55,189 nucleotides of DNA from Coleofasciculus sp. B1-GNL1-01 (GTDB lineage: Bacteria; Cyanobacteriota; Cyanobacteriia; Cyanobacteriales; Coleofasciculaceae). The stretch lies in the NCBI GenBank assembly GCA_040220235.1, contig JAVJTO010000040.1; one strand, 5' to 3'. This document shows positions 37,396 to 46,948 of this stretch, piece by piece (position 1 is the stretch's first letter; every line of letters begins with the position of its first letter). Under the pieces are notes generated by a model. It saw only the letters and a program-made list of their open reading frames with translations. It was not told the DNA's origin and ran no database searches. The position numbers were made by a program, and so were the translations under genes.

Positions 37396-38868
37396 CTAGT
37401 TTTCGGGGTTTTGCTGGATAAGTTTAGGTTCTAATTCTTTCACATGGGCAGGAGTTAAGGCTTGGCAGAGTTCATAAGAGTGGGTTGCCAGAATATATTG
37501 ATTATTCGGTGCCCATTCTTGTAAATCTTGAATGATTTGATATTGCCAATCGGGGTGGAATGCGATTTCTATTTCATCCATTAATACAATGGCATCTTCT
37601 ATATTATGATGTTTGAGCCACATATAAATGCTTAACCGTTTCAACTCTCCATGACTAAGGTCTTCGGGAGAGAGTTTGATAGTCTCGCCATTTCTATCTA
37701 ATGTAAAGTTCACTCCATTAAGGTCTTTATCTATATTTATCTTTTTATTAAATAACATCTGGTTTAACTCTTTTGTTAAGTTATGATAATGATTGCCATA
37801 GTTCCCTGTTTCTACGACTTCTGTTACATCTCGATCAAAAGCATCTTTAAAAGATTGTATCAGAATATCTACCGCCAAAAAATCATAAGTAAATAAATTC
37901 TGGAGTCGAGATTTTGCAGTCTTAAGTTGCGAATAATAATCCTCATCTTCAATTATTCTACTTTTAAATAACAAATTTCGCTTTTCTTGATCCATAAAAA
38001 GAAACACTTGAGTTGAAGGAGCAGCCAGAAATATTTTCTGTGATAAATGAATCAAAAATGATTTATATTCGGATATTTTATTTTCTATATTATCAAATTT
38101 TGATTTATTATATTTGATATTACAAAGCAAAGTATTTTCGTTTTCTATGTCGCTTTCATTGGTTTTATATTGATCTATGAATAGCAAATGATTTTCTTCC
38201 AGGTATTCTTTTATTTTTGGAAAAACGGGTTCAATTTTTTGAATTAAATCGCAATAAGCTTTAAGTCTTTGACTACAAATACGTATAGTTTTTTCTATTT
38301 CATGTCTCTTTAAAAGTAAATTTACCATATTTGGAGTAAAAATCCTACTATCTTGCAAATTTATTAGTATTCTTTTAAATTCTTCAATCACTTCACTTGT
38401 CAAAGCCTGTTTTTTTGCCTTTTCTAAATTTGAAATTTCTGTTGTCAAAACAGAACTTTTGGATTGTAAATTTTCTAACCTATATGGTGTGGAAAACTTT
38501 AAGTTTGAATTAATAATTGATTTTGAATTATTATTCAAGGGCAATAAATCTTGAATATGAGAATCTTTGCATACAAAAAAATAAAGGCTTACAGTTTTAC
38601 CATTGTCCCAAATGTCAATTTTTGCTAAAGTCCTCTTAGGAGAGTCTTCACGAAGATTGAATCCATATAGCAGATTTTGCAAAAAAGGTTTCTTTTCCGG
38701 ATCAGTCGAACAGTGAAGGAGAGTAAAAATTAATTGCAGCAGTGTACTCTTGCCACCACCATTTAGACTACCTAAAGGAAAAATCCTGGGAACAAAATCT
38801 TGTTCAAAGGTAATATCAACATCCTTTAAAACCCGGAAATCAGGAACTCGAATTCGTTGCAGGTGCAT
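37396..38868 (-). CDS. ABC-type ATPase (AAA_15/AAA_21-like) with AT-rich coiled-coil insertion
   Basis: GSLNGGGKST, LSHGE, LMDEIEIAFHP and ATHS. Confidence 0.88.
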   Translation of the reverse strand: MHLQRIRVPDFRVLKDVDITFEQDFVPRIFPLGSLNGGGKSTLLQLIFTLLHCSTDPEKKPFLQNLLYGFNLREDSPKRTLAKIDIWDNGKTVSLYFFVCKDSHIQDLLPLNNNSKSIINSNLKFSTPYRLENLQSKSSVLTTEISNLEKAKKQALTSEVIEEFKRILINLQDSRIFTPNMVNLLLKRHEIEKTIRICSQRLKAYCDLIQKIEPVFPKIKEYLEENHLLFIDQYKTNESDIENENTLLCNIKYNKSKFDNIENKISEYKSFLIHLSQKIFLAAPSTQVFLFMDQEKRNLLFKSRIIEDEDYYSQLKTAKSRLQNLFTYDFLAVDILIQSFKDAFDRDVTEVVETGNYGNHYHNLTKELNQMLFNKKINIDKDLNGVNFTLDRNGETIKLSPEDLSHGELKRLSIYMWLKHHNIEDAIVLMDEIEIAFHPDWQYQIIQDLQEWAPNNQYILATHSYELCQALTPAHVKELEPKLIQQNPEN

Positions 38869-39378
38869 AAAACACTCCTAATATTGACTTGATATCCTCG
38901 TTGGCTTCACAAGTGTTATTTTACTTTACCTACGCAAGATGAATGGAAACCGTAGGGGCGCACCGACGTGCGCCCGATTCAACCGATTTCAGTAGTGGCG
39001 TGGCACATCTTAGCAAGATGGATTAGCCTGATGCCCATGAAAGAAATTAGGGGCTGAAGCCCCTACTACGAACCCAACTAATCCCAAATTTTAGCTGGTG
39101 GGCAATGCCCACCCTACGGTGTATCACGGGTTTTAGAATAATGTGTTGGATTTCGCGATCGCTCCTGACCTACTTGAGCGTTTTGGGCTATCCTAGACTG
39201 GCTCCCCAGTAGTCTGCCGCGAGTTCAGGAGACGGCGCTAGTCCGCAGGTTGACGCGGACATGATAGAAGTCCAGAAAAATCCAGAGGCTACAATTACAA
39301 CCATGTAATGATCTTAGTGGTCATTCCGCTATTGCCCACCGTCCGCCTTCTTCACTCACGTCGCCCACTTCTGGATTC

Positions 39379-41505
39379 ATGAAGCCCTTACATTGCTCTC
39401 ACGGTCACGAAAATCCCCCCAATAGTCGCTTTTGTCTCCACTGTGGTGAGAAACTGGAGCAAGCAGAAAATGGCAACAGGGAGTCGGGACTAGCTTTGGC
39501 GGGACGCTATCGGATTGTGCGGGAATTGGGACATGGCGGATTTGGACGCACCTATTTAGCCCAAGACTTGAATCGCTTCGGTGAAGCTTGTGTACTAAAG
39601 GAATTCGCCCCACAAGTGCAAGGCACCTTTGCCTTACAGAAAGCTTCAGAACTGTTTGAACGAGAAGCTGGAGTTCTCTATAAGCTGAAACATCCCCAAA
39701 TTCCAGAGTTCCGAGAACTGCTGCGGGTGAAGCAGCAGGGAGAAGGACGCCTGTTTTTAGTCCAAGACTATATTGCTGGACAAACCTGTCGGGCTATCTT
39801 AGAGGCACGCCGGAATCAGGGATTACGGTTTAACGAAACCGAAGTTCTCAAACTATTACGCCAAATTCTCCCCGTTTTGGACTATATCCACTCCCTCGGC
39901 GTGATTCATCGAGATATTTCTCCGGAGAATATTATTATTCGTCAACAGGATGGATTGCCTGTACTGATTGACTTTGGTGGAGTGAAGCAAGTCGCGGCTA
40001 CGGTAGCCTCTCAGGTGATGGCATCATCCCCCGCCACAGCCACGCGCTTGGGTAAAGTGGGTTATGCGCCCCACGAACAAATGCAAGGGGGGATTGTTTC
40101 TGCCAGTAGCGATTTGTACGCTTTAGGGGCAACAGTCTTAGTGTTACTCACCGGGAAAGAACCCTCTGAACTCATCGATCCCCACACCTTAACCTGGGAT
40201 CGTAGTAGGCACTTTAGTGCCACTCCCCTTAGCCCTACTCTCAGCCATGTTCTCGAACAACTGCTGCAACCCCATCCCCGTAATCGCCCCCAAAGTGCGA
40301 ACCAAGTCTTACAGATGCTTAATTCTCAGTCCCCCCCAAAGGCATACTCTCCACCGCCGCCACCATCACCGCAAACCCAAGCAACTGTAGCGGTTTCACC
40401 GGGTCAGGTTGCACCAACGCCACCCTCCCCCCCTGCCCCTGTTGCCCAGAGGTTTGCGCCCAGTGCTGCGCCCAGTGGCAATAATAACGCCGCCTTAGGC
40501 TGGTTGGGGAAATTGATCCTAGTATTAGGGTTAATTCTGGCAGCAGGTGCTTTTGGCTGGTGGGCGGGTAATCTCTGGATTGATAGCCAACTGCAACCTG
40601 ACCAACCCAATGCTACGCCTACCGTAGAGGATTTTGAGAATCCAGTGATTTCACCAGAAGATGATGAGGAACCTGAACCCTCCTCCGACTTTTCGCTAGA
40701 AGAACGACAACGCAAGCAAGCCTTGCGACAGCGACGGATGAATCTGGGGATCGATTATGACTTTTATGTCAATTTAGTCGATGAAGCGTTTTGGAATGAG
40801 TATCCAGGACAACGGGGAGTTCCATTAAGTACCGATCCAGACGATGCTAGGCTGCGAGAAGCCTGGGATAGAATCGCGGCAAATGTACTTACCCAGATTG
40901 AACAGCTTGATCTGAGTCGTCAAGCCAAGGCAGAATTGGGCAGTTATGACGAGAGCGATCGCGATCGCTGGAAACGTCAAGTCAATCGTCTACGTGTCAG
41001 TAGTCGGGCGTTATATGACCTCGCCGATGCCAAGTTTTTCCGTATTTTCCCCAAACAAGAAGGCGAAACGGGATCAGAATTTCTGGATCAACCTATAGGT
41101 CAAATCTGGCAAGCCACAGTTGCGGATACCGTCAAGGCATTACAATCCAGAGAGGCGTTAGACCGGATTGTGTTTAAACGGGGTGATACTGGCACACAAA
41201 TGAGTGGAACCCTGCAACCGGGAGAAGGAAAAGCCTTTACCGCTGAGTTAGCAGCCGATCAGGTTATGGATGTGGATCTCTCCACCGCCCCCAATGCCTT
41301 ATTATCGATCTACAGTCCCACAGGGAATACAATCTTCCTGGAAGATTCGCGCCAGCACAGCTTTTCTGGGGAATTACCAGAATCGGGCTTCTATGAGTTT
41401 GTTGTAGTATCTGATGCGGATGAACCGATTGATTATCAGCTTAATCTCACGGTGGAAAATCCCCCCGAATCGGACATCTCAGTTGATAAAGGTATAGCGG
41501 AATAA
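39379..41505 (+). CDS. Membrane Ser/Thr kinase with N-terminal Zn-ribbon and extracytoplasmic domain
   Basis: CSHGH...CLHCG, LGHGGFG, HRDISPEN, DFG, Pro-rich linker and one TM helix. Confidence 0.93.
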   Translation: MKPLHCSHGHENPPNSRFCLHCGEKLEQAENGNRESGLALAGRYRIVRELGHGGFGRTYLAQDLNRFGEACVLKEFAPQVQGTFALQKASELFEREAGVLYKLKHPQIPEFRELLRVKQQGEGRLFLVQDYIAGQTCRAILEARRNQGLRFNETEVLKLLRQILPVLDYIHSLGVIHRDISPENIIIRQQDGLPVLIDFGGVKQVAATVASQVMASSPATATRLGKVGYAPHEQMQGGIVSASSDLYALGATVLVLLTGKEPSELIDPHTLTWDRSRHFSATPLSPTLSHVLEQLLQPHPRNRPQSANQVLQMLNSQSPPKAYSPPPPPSPQTQATVAVSPGQVAPTPPSPPAPVAQRFAPSAAPSGNNNAALGWLGKLILVLGLILAAGAFGWWAGNLWIDSQLQPDQPNATPTVEDFENPVISPEDDEEPEPSSDFSLEERQRKQALRQRRMNLGIDYDFYVNLVDEAFWNEYPGQRGVPLSTDPDDARLREAWDRIAANVLTQIEQLDLSRQAKAELGSYDESDRDRWKRQVNRLRVSSRALYDLADAKFFRIFPKQEGETGSEFLDQPIGQIWQATVADTVKALQSREALDRIVFKRGDTGTQMSGTLQPGEGKAFTAELAADQVMDVDLSTAPNALLSIYSPTGNTIFLEDSRQHSFSGELPESGFYEFVVVSDADEPIDYQLNLTVENPPESDISVDKGIAE

Positions 41506-41742
41506 AGGATTGACTTAAACTCATCCCATAAAGGCGTGAGATTTCACACAATAAGTTTGGAGAGTCGCGATCGCCTGGATCAGGACACCATGATTCAGGT
41601 CAAGCAAAAACCGTAGGGTGCGTTAGGCGTAATCAATCATATTGATCATCCTTTTAATAGGAATGTCGCCGTAACGCACCATTATTTTGATAAAAGCAAT
41701 GCCCACTTAGATCAGGACACGATAATATCGTGTCCCTACGTA

Positions 41743-42978
41743 CTAAACCTTAAACTTCTGGGTAATCCGCTTCATCGCCTCTTCCACATTCTCTCGACTA
41801 TTGAACGCCGAAATTCGGAAATAGCCTTCACCCGCAGCCCCAAATCCAGAACCTGGTGTTCCGACAACATAACAGGTTTGCAGTAACTTATCGAAGAAAT
41901 CCCAACTGGATAAACCATTGGGTGTCTTCACCCAAATATAAGGGGCATGAACCCCGCCATACACACTTAATCCTGCTTCCGTTAACTTCTGGCGAATAAT
42001 TTTGGCGTTTTCCAAATAAAAGCTAACTAAGGCTTTCACCTGGGCTTTTCCTGCTTCTGAGTAAACCGCTTCCGCCCCCCGTTGGACAACATAGGAGACA
42101 CCATTAAATTTAGTAGACTGGCGGCGATTCCATAGCTTCCAAAGTTCCACATCTGAACCATCCGATGCTTTCGCGGTTAAAGTTTTGGGAACCACCGTCA
42201 ACGCACAACGAGTTCCGGTAAATCCTGCATTCTTAGAAAAGGAACGAAACTCGATCGCACAATCTCGCGCTCCTTCAATTTCATAGATAGAATGGGGTAA
42301 ACTCTCGTCGGTGATGAACGCTTCGTAAGCCGCATCAAAGAAAATAATTGACCCATTGGCTTTGGCATAATCCACCCACGCCTTCAAGTTTTCCTTAGTC
42401 GTGGTAGCGCCTGTGGGATTATTGGGGAAACACAGATAAATCAAATCCACTTTCTGAGAGGGAATCTGGGCGGTAAAATTATTCTCGGCGCTAATCGGCA
42501 AATAGACTAATCCCTCAAATTCACCCTTCTCATTCACCTCTCCGGTATGTCCCGCCATTACATTCGTGTCCACGTAGACAGGGTAAACAGGGTCAGTAAC
42601 GGCAATTTTGTTATTTTTGCCAAAAATATCCAGAATATTGCCTGTATCGCACTTAGAACCGTCGGAGATAAAGATTTCCGATGCATCCACCTGACATCCC
42701 CGCGCCTGGAAATCCTGGGCGGCGATTTTCTCCCGCAACCAGGGATACCCCTGTTCGGGTCCATAGCCTCGGAAAGACTCCCGATTCCCCATATCTTCTA
42801 CCGCCTGAATCATCGCCGTGCGACAGGCTTCGGGTAAGGGTTCGGTAACATCGCCAATTCCCAGTTTAATGATAGCGGCATCTGGGTTAGCTTCTGCAAA
42901 GGTATTCACCCGGCGGGCTATTTCGGGAAACAGGTAGCCTGCTTTGAGTTTGAGGTAGTTATCGTTGATGGTTGCCAT
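41743..42978 (-). CDS. dapL: LL-diaminopimelate aminotransferase
   Basis: [35 protein letters not shown] and [10 protein letters not shown]. Confidence 0.97.
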   Translation of the reverse strand: MATINDNYLKLKAGYLFPEIARRVNTFAEANPDAAIIKLGIGDVTEPLPEACRTAMIQAVEDMGNRESFRGYGPEQGYPWLREKIAAQDFQARGCQVDASEIFISDGSKCDTGNILDIFGKNNKIAVTDPVYPVYVDTNVMAGHTGEVNEKGEFEGLVYLPISAENNFTAQIPSQKVDLIYLCFPNNPTGATTTKENLKAWVDYAKANGSIIFFDAAYEAFITDESLPHSIYEIEGARDCAIEFRSFSKNAGFTGTRCALTVVPKTLTAKASDGSDVELWKLWNRRQSTKFNGVSYVVQRGAEAVYSEAGKAQVKALVSFYLENAKIIRQKLTEAGLSVYGGVHAPYIWVKTPNGLSSWDFFDKLLQTCYVVGTPGSGFGAAGEGYFRISAFNSRENVEEAMKRITQKFKV

Positions 42979-43031
42979 AATCAATTGTGACGAACGCCGT
43001 AAACCAGCTTACTGCTAACTGTAGCGGAAAA

Positions 43032-43472
43032 GGCAACAGGCAACAGGCAACAGGCAACAGGGAATAAGTAGGTGAGGACAATTAAAGTCAACGGTGGGGA
43101 ACTCGCTTTCGCGAGAAGCAAGCTACGTCATTCGTCATTCGTCATTTGTCATTTGTCAGGGTTTAAGGCTTGTTAACATAACTTCATAAGGTTGAGTTTA
43201 TTTCCACCAACCTACTTACACAGTTAACAACGATAACTTGGTGGGTTACGGCGGATATCTAATTTAAGGATTTGTTTTCTCTATTGAATACCGCCTAACC
43301 CACCCTACTGGCGTGGCACGCATAATTTGGTAGATTAGCTTGGGTTCGTAGTGGGGAACCTTAGCCCTATATTCTGTTATTCCACTGTTAGCAACGATAA
43401 CTTGGTGGGTTACGGTGGATATTTAATTTAAGGATTTGTTTTCTCTATTGAATACCGCCTAACCCACCTTAC
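43032..43472. repeat. Repeat-rich intergenic region: GGCAACA and GTCATT(C/T) heptamer runs plus an 81-bp duplicated hairpin element
   Basis: Copies at 43228-43308 and 43392-43472. Confidence 0.85.
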
Positions 43473-43581
43473 CGATTCTGGGTTATTTGGGTCTATAGGA
43501 CGGCACATTTTCCCATGATGAAATAATACCGGAAACGACAAAAAAAGTCAAGTGCCAACGAACATTCATCAAACCTGAAAT

Positions 43582-44424
43582 TTATCGATAAGCTATCTGA
43601 ACCCCTGGCTTTCTGATTGAGTCCGTCTGATTCTGTCCAGATGTGAAAACCTGACGATTTTGCACTAAAATAAACGCGGCTACGGCAATTAAAAAATAAC
43701 CAAAGGCTTTCTGTAACTGTTGGGCTTTGACATACTGTGCCAAATATGCGCCAACGATAATTCCCACACTTGCCGCCACAATGAATGAACCCATTAATCC
43801 CCAATCTAGGGGAACCTGTCCAAAATATCCCAGAAATCCAGCCACCGAGTTACAGGCAATAATTAATAATGACGTTCCCACCGCTTCCTTCATCGGCGTA
43901 TTTCCTAATAATACCAACGCTGGAACGATCGCGAATCCACCCCCAACCCCAACTAACCCTGTCAATACGCCCACACCTAACCCTTCAGTTAACATCCATA
44001 CCCAACAATATTTACACACGGGTTGAGGATAATACTGCAAGTCATTATCGGGTTGAGTCGGTTTACTGCTTTTGCGGATCATAAATCCCGCCGCAATAAT
44101 CATCATTACTGCAAAGAGAAGAAGCTGGACTGTTCCGCTGACAAAAAAGGCTAACTTTGCCCCTAAATATGCACCTACCATCGTCGCCGCGCCGAACATA
44201 AACGCCTTTTTGAAATTCAGATTCCCTCGTCGCCAGTGAGGAATAACTCCAATCAAGCTAACGGTTCCCACGATTACCAATGTCATCGCGATCGCGCTTT
44301 TTGCTTCCACACCCATCACGTACACTAAAATAGGCAAGGCTAGTACCGAACCGCCACCCCCCATTAACCCCAAACTAATACCAATTCCGGCGGCGAGAAT
44401 TAACCCAATTATCCATGTTGTCAT
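43582..44424 (-). CDS. Sulfite exporter TauE/SafE family protein
   Basis: GLMGGGGS, GVGGGFAIVP and AVGTSL; the start at 44478 lies inside a repeat, so I chose 44424. Confidence 0.92.
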   Translation of the reverse strand: MTTWIIGLILAAGIGISLGLMGGGGSVLALPILVYVMGVEAKSAIAMTLVIVGTVSLIGVIPHWRRGNLNFKKAFMFGAATMVGAYLGAKLAFFVSGTVQLLLFAVMMIIAAGFMIRKSSKPTQPDNDLQYYPQPVCKYCWVWMLTEGLGVGVLTGLVGVGGGFAIVPALVLLGNTPMKEAVGTSLLIIACNSVAGFLGYFGQVPLDWGLMGSFIVAASVGIIVGAYLAQYVKAQQLQKAFGYFLIAVAAFILVQNRQVFTSGQNQTDSIRKPGVQIAYR

Positions 44425-44513
44425 TTGTCTTATGTGCTTGGTCATTTTTAATTGGTCAACACCCTGTAGGGTGGGCATTGCCCACTCAGCTTACATCAGT
44501 TGATCTATCCCAT

Positions 44514-45053
44514 TTAAACTCGTTGGTTGTAAGGTAACTTTGCTAGTAACATCCCCATCGCACAGGTTCCACTGACGCCAGCAAAGACTAATCCCGCACC
44601 AACAAAACCACTCAAGATTAAAAACCAGGGAGAGACAAACGCACCCAGTACAGTTCCCGTAAACACTAATGTACCTGCCACAATTTGCACTTGTCGGAAT
44701 AAACTAATGGGCGCATTTTTGTTAACTTGAGTCTGATATCCGGCGGATTTCCAGGTGGGTAATCCCCCTTGAAGATGGGTTAAGGATTCAAATCCAGCAT
44801 CGAGTAGTTTTTGAGCCGCCATTTTCGAGCGATTCCCGCTTTGACAGTACAATACAGCCTGTTGATCGGTTTCTGGTTTAACATCGGCGGGATTGAGGTT
44901 AGACAGTGGCATTAATTTTGCCCCAGGAATATGTTCGCTGGCATATTCGCCCGGTTCCCGCACGTCAATCAGCATTACTTTTTGACGATCCAGCCATTGT
45001 TTTAACGTTTTGGCGTCTATTTCTTGGAGGTTATTGGCATTGGCTAAAACCAT
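44514..45053 (-). CDS. Rhodanese + DUF2892 membrane sulfurtransferase (YgaP-like)
   Basis: IDVREP.EY, YCQSGNRS and C-terminal RQVQIVAG...SGTCAM...LPYN. Confidence 0.92.
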   Translation of the reverse strand: MVLANANNLQEIDAKTLKQWLDRQKVMLIDVREPGEYASEHIPGAKLMPLSNLNPADVKPETDQQAVLYCQSGNRSKMAAQKLLDAGFESLTHLQGGLPTWKSAGYQTQVNKNAPISLFRQVQIVAGTLVFTGTVLGAFVSPWFLILSGFVGAGLVFAGVSGTCAMGMLLAKLPYNQRV

Positions 45054-45132
45054 GAGTTTTTCTCCTTATCTATGTGCAGAACTTGTCTAACTGAATGTAT
45101 TGGTGTAGATGTTTACAGGAATCCCTTTTCTT

Positions 45133-45831
45133 TTAGGTGTTCACCGCTACTTTGCCACAGCGTTCATTAGCGGGAACCGCTTCCATTATCTTCTTGGGGT
45201 CAGGAAGATTTAAGTTATTCATCAATTCGATAAAGCTGGCGCGATCGCGATTCGCTAATCGAGGATTCCATTGCTGTTCTTCGCCAATCGTGGATACGGT
45301 ATGTCCGCGATAATCATGTCCGGGATACACCAGCGTCTCATCGGGCAATCTAAATAACTTTTGAGTTATAGAATTAAATAATGTGCTTGCATCACCGCTT
45401 TGGAAATCAGTTCGACCGCATCCCCGAATTAACAGCGAATCTCCCGTGAGGACGCGATCGCGATTCACGAAGTAGGCGTTATGGCTATCGGTATGACCCG
45501 GTGTGGCGATCGCCTGAATCTCAACTGAACCCACCATTAACACCTCACCATCCGCCAGAAAGCGGTCAGCACAAGCAGCCGAGGCATTTTGAGGAACCAC
45601 ACCCTGACAGTGTGTCAACTCCCGCAGTCGCGCTGTTCCGGTGACGTGATCGGCGTGAATATGTGTTTCCAGACAATACTGCAAGGTTAATCCCAACTCA
45701 TCGAGGAGTTTGCGATCGCGATCCACCTGTTCTTTGACCGGATCGACCAGAATCGCGGCTTTTGTGGCTAAATCAGCGATGAGATAGGTATAGGTGCTGG
45801 TTTCACTGTCAAATAGTTGACGAAATAACAT
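45133..45831 (-). CDS. Persulfide dioxygenase (ETHE1-like MBL fold)
   Basis: MLFRQLFD, ETHIHADHVTG, TPGHT, GCGRTDFQ and YPGHDY. Confidence 0.92.
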   Translation of the reverse strand: MLFRQLFDSETSTYTYLIADLATKAAILVDPVKEQVDRDRKLLDELGLTLQYCLETHIHADHVTGTARLRELTHCQGVVPQNASAACADRFLADGEVLMVGSVEIQAIATPGHTDSHNAYFVNRDRVLTGDSLLIRGCGRTDFQSGDASTLFNSITQKLFRLPDETLVYPGHDYRGHTVSTIGEEQQWNPRLANRDRASFIELMNNLNLPDPKKIMEAVPANERCGKVAVNT

Positions 45832-45869
45832 CAGCTCATCTCCCTTGGACTGTTTTGTATTGTTTATTC

Positions 45870-45897
45870 GTTAAATCACTATTTAGTTATGTTTAAC
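45870..45897. promoter_or_regulatory. Imperfect inverted repeat upstream of the persulfide dioxygenase operon (candidate repressor operator)
   Basis: GTTAAAtcACTATTTAGTtatgTTTAAC. Confidence 0.35.
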
Positions 45898-45924
45898 TTA
45901 CCTCACCCTAGACACACCTGTCAA

Positions 45925-46440
45925 GAGGGGAGATGAGGGAGATGGGGGAGATGGGGGTAGTAGAGACGTTCCGGTGGAACGTCTGGGAGATGGGGGACAA
46001 TTTGTAGGGGCGGGTTTAGGCACTAAAATCGGCTACTCAGAACTAACTGAAAAACAAAACCCGCCCTACTACCTCACCAATAAATGAACAACAAAATCCG
46101 CCCTCTTCTTGTGCAAGAATGCCACCATAATATTACAAAAACAATGGGTTCGTAGTTCAAAATTTTGGAAGGGCGGGTTTTGTATTCAATGTAGTGATTT
46201 CCCCGTTACTTGAGTCCCTAAACCCGCCCCTACATTTGGATTGGCTGCTAGGTAATACTAAACTATTGCACCTAATGAACAACGAAACCCGCCCTCTGCT
46301 TAAGCATGAACGGGGTATTTTTGATTGAGCTTATCGGTTAGGTTCAAGACTGGGGAAGGGCGGGTTTTGTATTCAATGCAGTGATTTCCCCGTTACTTGA
46401 GTCCCTAAACCCGCCCCTACATTTGGATTTGCCTGTCAAT
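45925..46440. repeat. Composite repeat cluster including a 76-bp duplication (46167-46242 / 46354-46429)
   Basis: GGGGAGATG 9-mers, REP-like units and a direct duplication. Confidence 0.85.
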
Positions 46441-46444
46441 TGGA

Positions 46445-46777
46445 TTAACTGACAGGAGCAATCTGACGCTCAAAATCCTCTCGATTGGCAAAACTTTTAA
46501 ACACGCGATTCATTTTTGTCAGTTCAAAAATCATCTTAACTTGGTCACAAAGCGAGCAGATAAACAGTTGACCGCCAGCCGCCTGAACCGTTTTTAGCGT
46601 GGCAACTAAAGCCCCTAACCCTGTACTGTTCATAAATGTAACATCCTGAAAGTCAACTAAGACAATATCCGCTCCACTTTCGACAACATCATTGACTTCA
46701 CGTCGGAGTTGATTGACGCTTACGCCATCTAAGATACCAGCAGGTTGAACAATTTTAATGGTTGTACTCATTTGCAT
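46445..46777 (-). CDS. STAS-domain anti-sigma factor antagonist
   Basis: VLVDFQDVTFMNSTGLGALV phosphoacceptor motif; start at 46777 or 46771. Confidence 0.92.
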   Translation of the reverse strand: MQMSTTIKIVQPAGILDGVSVNQLRREVNDVVESGADIVLVDFQDVTFMNSTGLGALVATLKTVQAAGGQLFICSLCDQVKMIFELTKMNRVFKSFANREDFERQIAPVS

Positions 46778-46948
46778 GACTCCTTGGTTGTGAATAAATT
46801 TACTTTGACCTTTGTCATTGGTCATTTAGACAGGGCGGGTTTAGTGACATTAGGGTGGGTAAAAAACGATAGTAGTGAAACCCGCCCCTACAATTCCCCC
46901 ATCTCCCGATAACTGATCATTGATCACTGATAACTGATTACTGATAAC

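Noticed and set aside
39200..39300. GC-rich hairpins upstream of the kinase as a riboswitch or tRNA
   Set aside because: No cloverleaf or recognisable aptamer consensus; only a short GTCCGC/GCGGAC stem.
43228..43472. Repeat-spacer-repeat pattern as a mini-CRISPR
   Set aside because: Only two 81-bp copies of a REP-like hairpin element, too long for CRISPR repeats, and the spacer is itself a MITE end.
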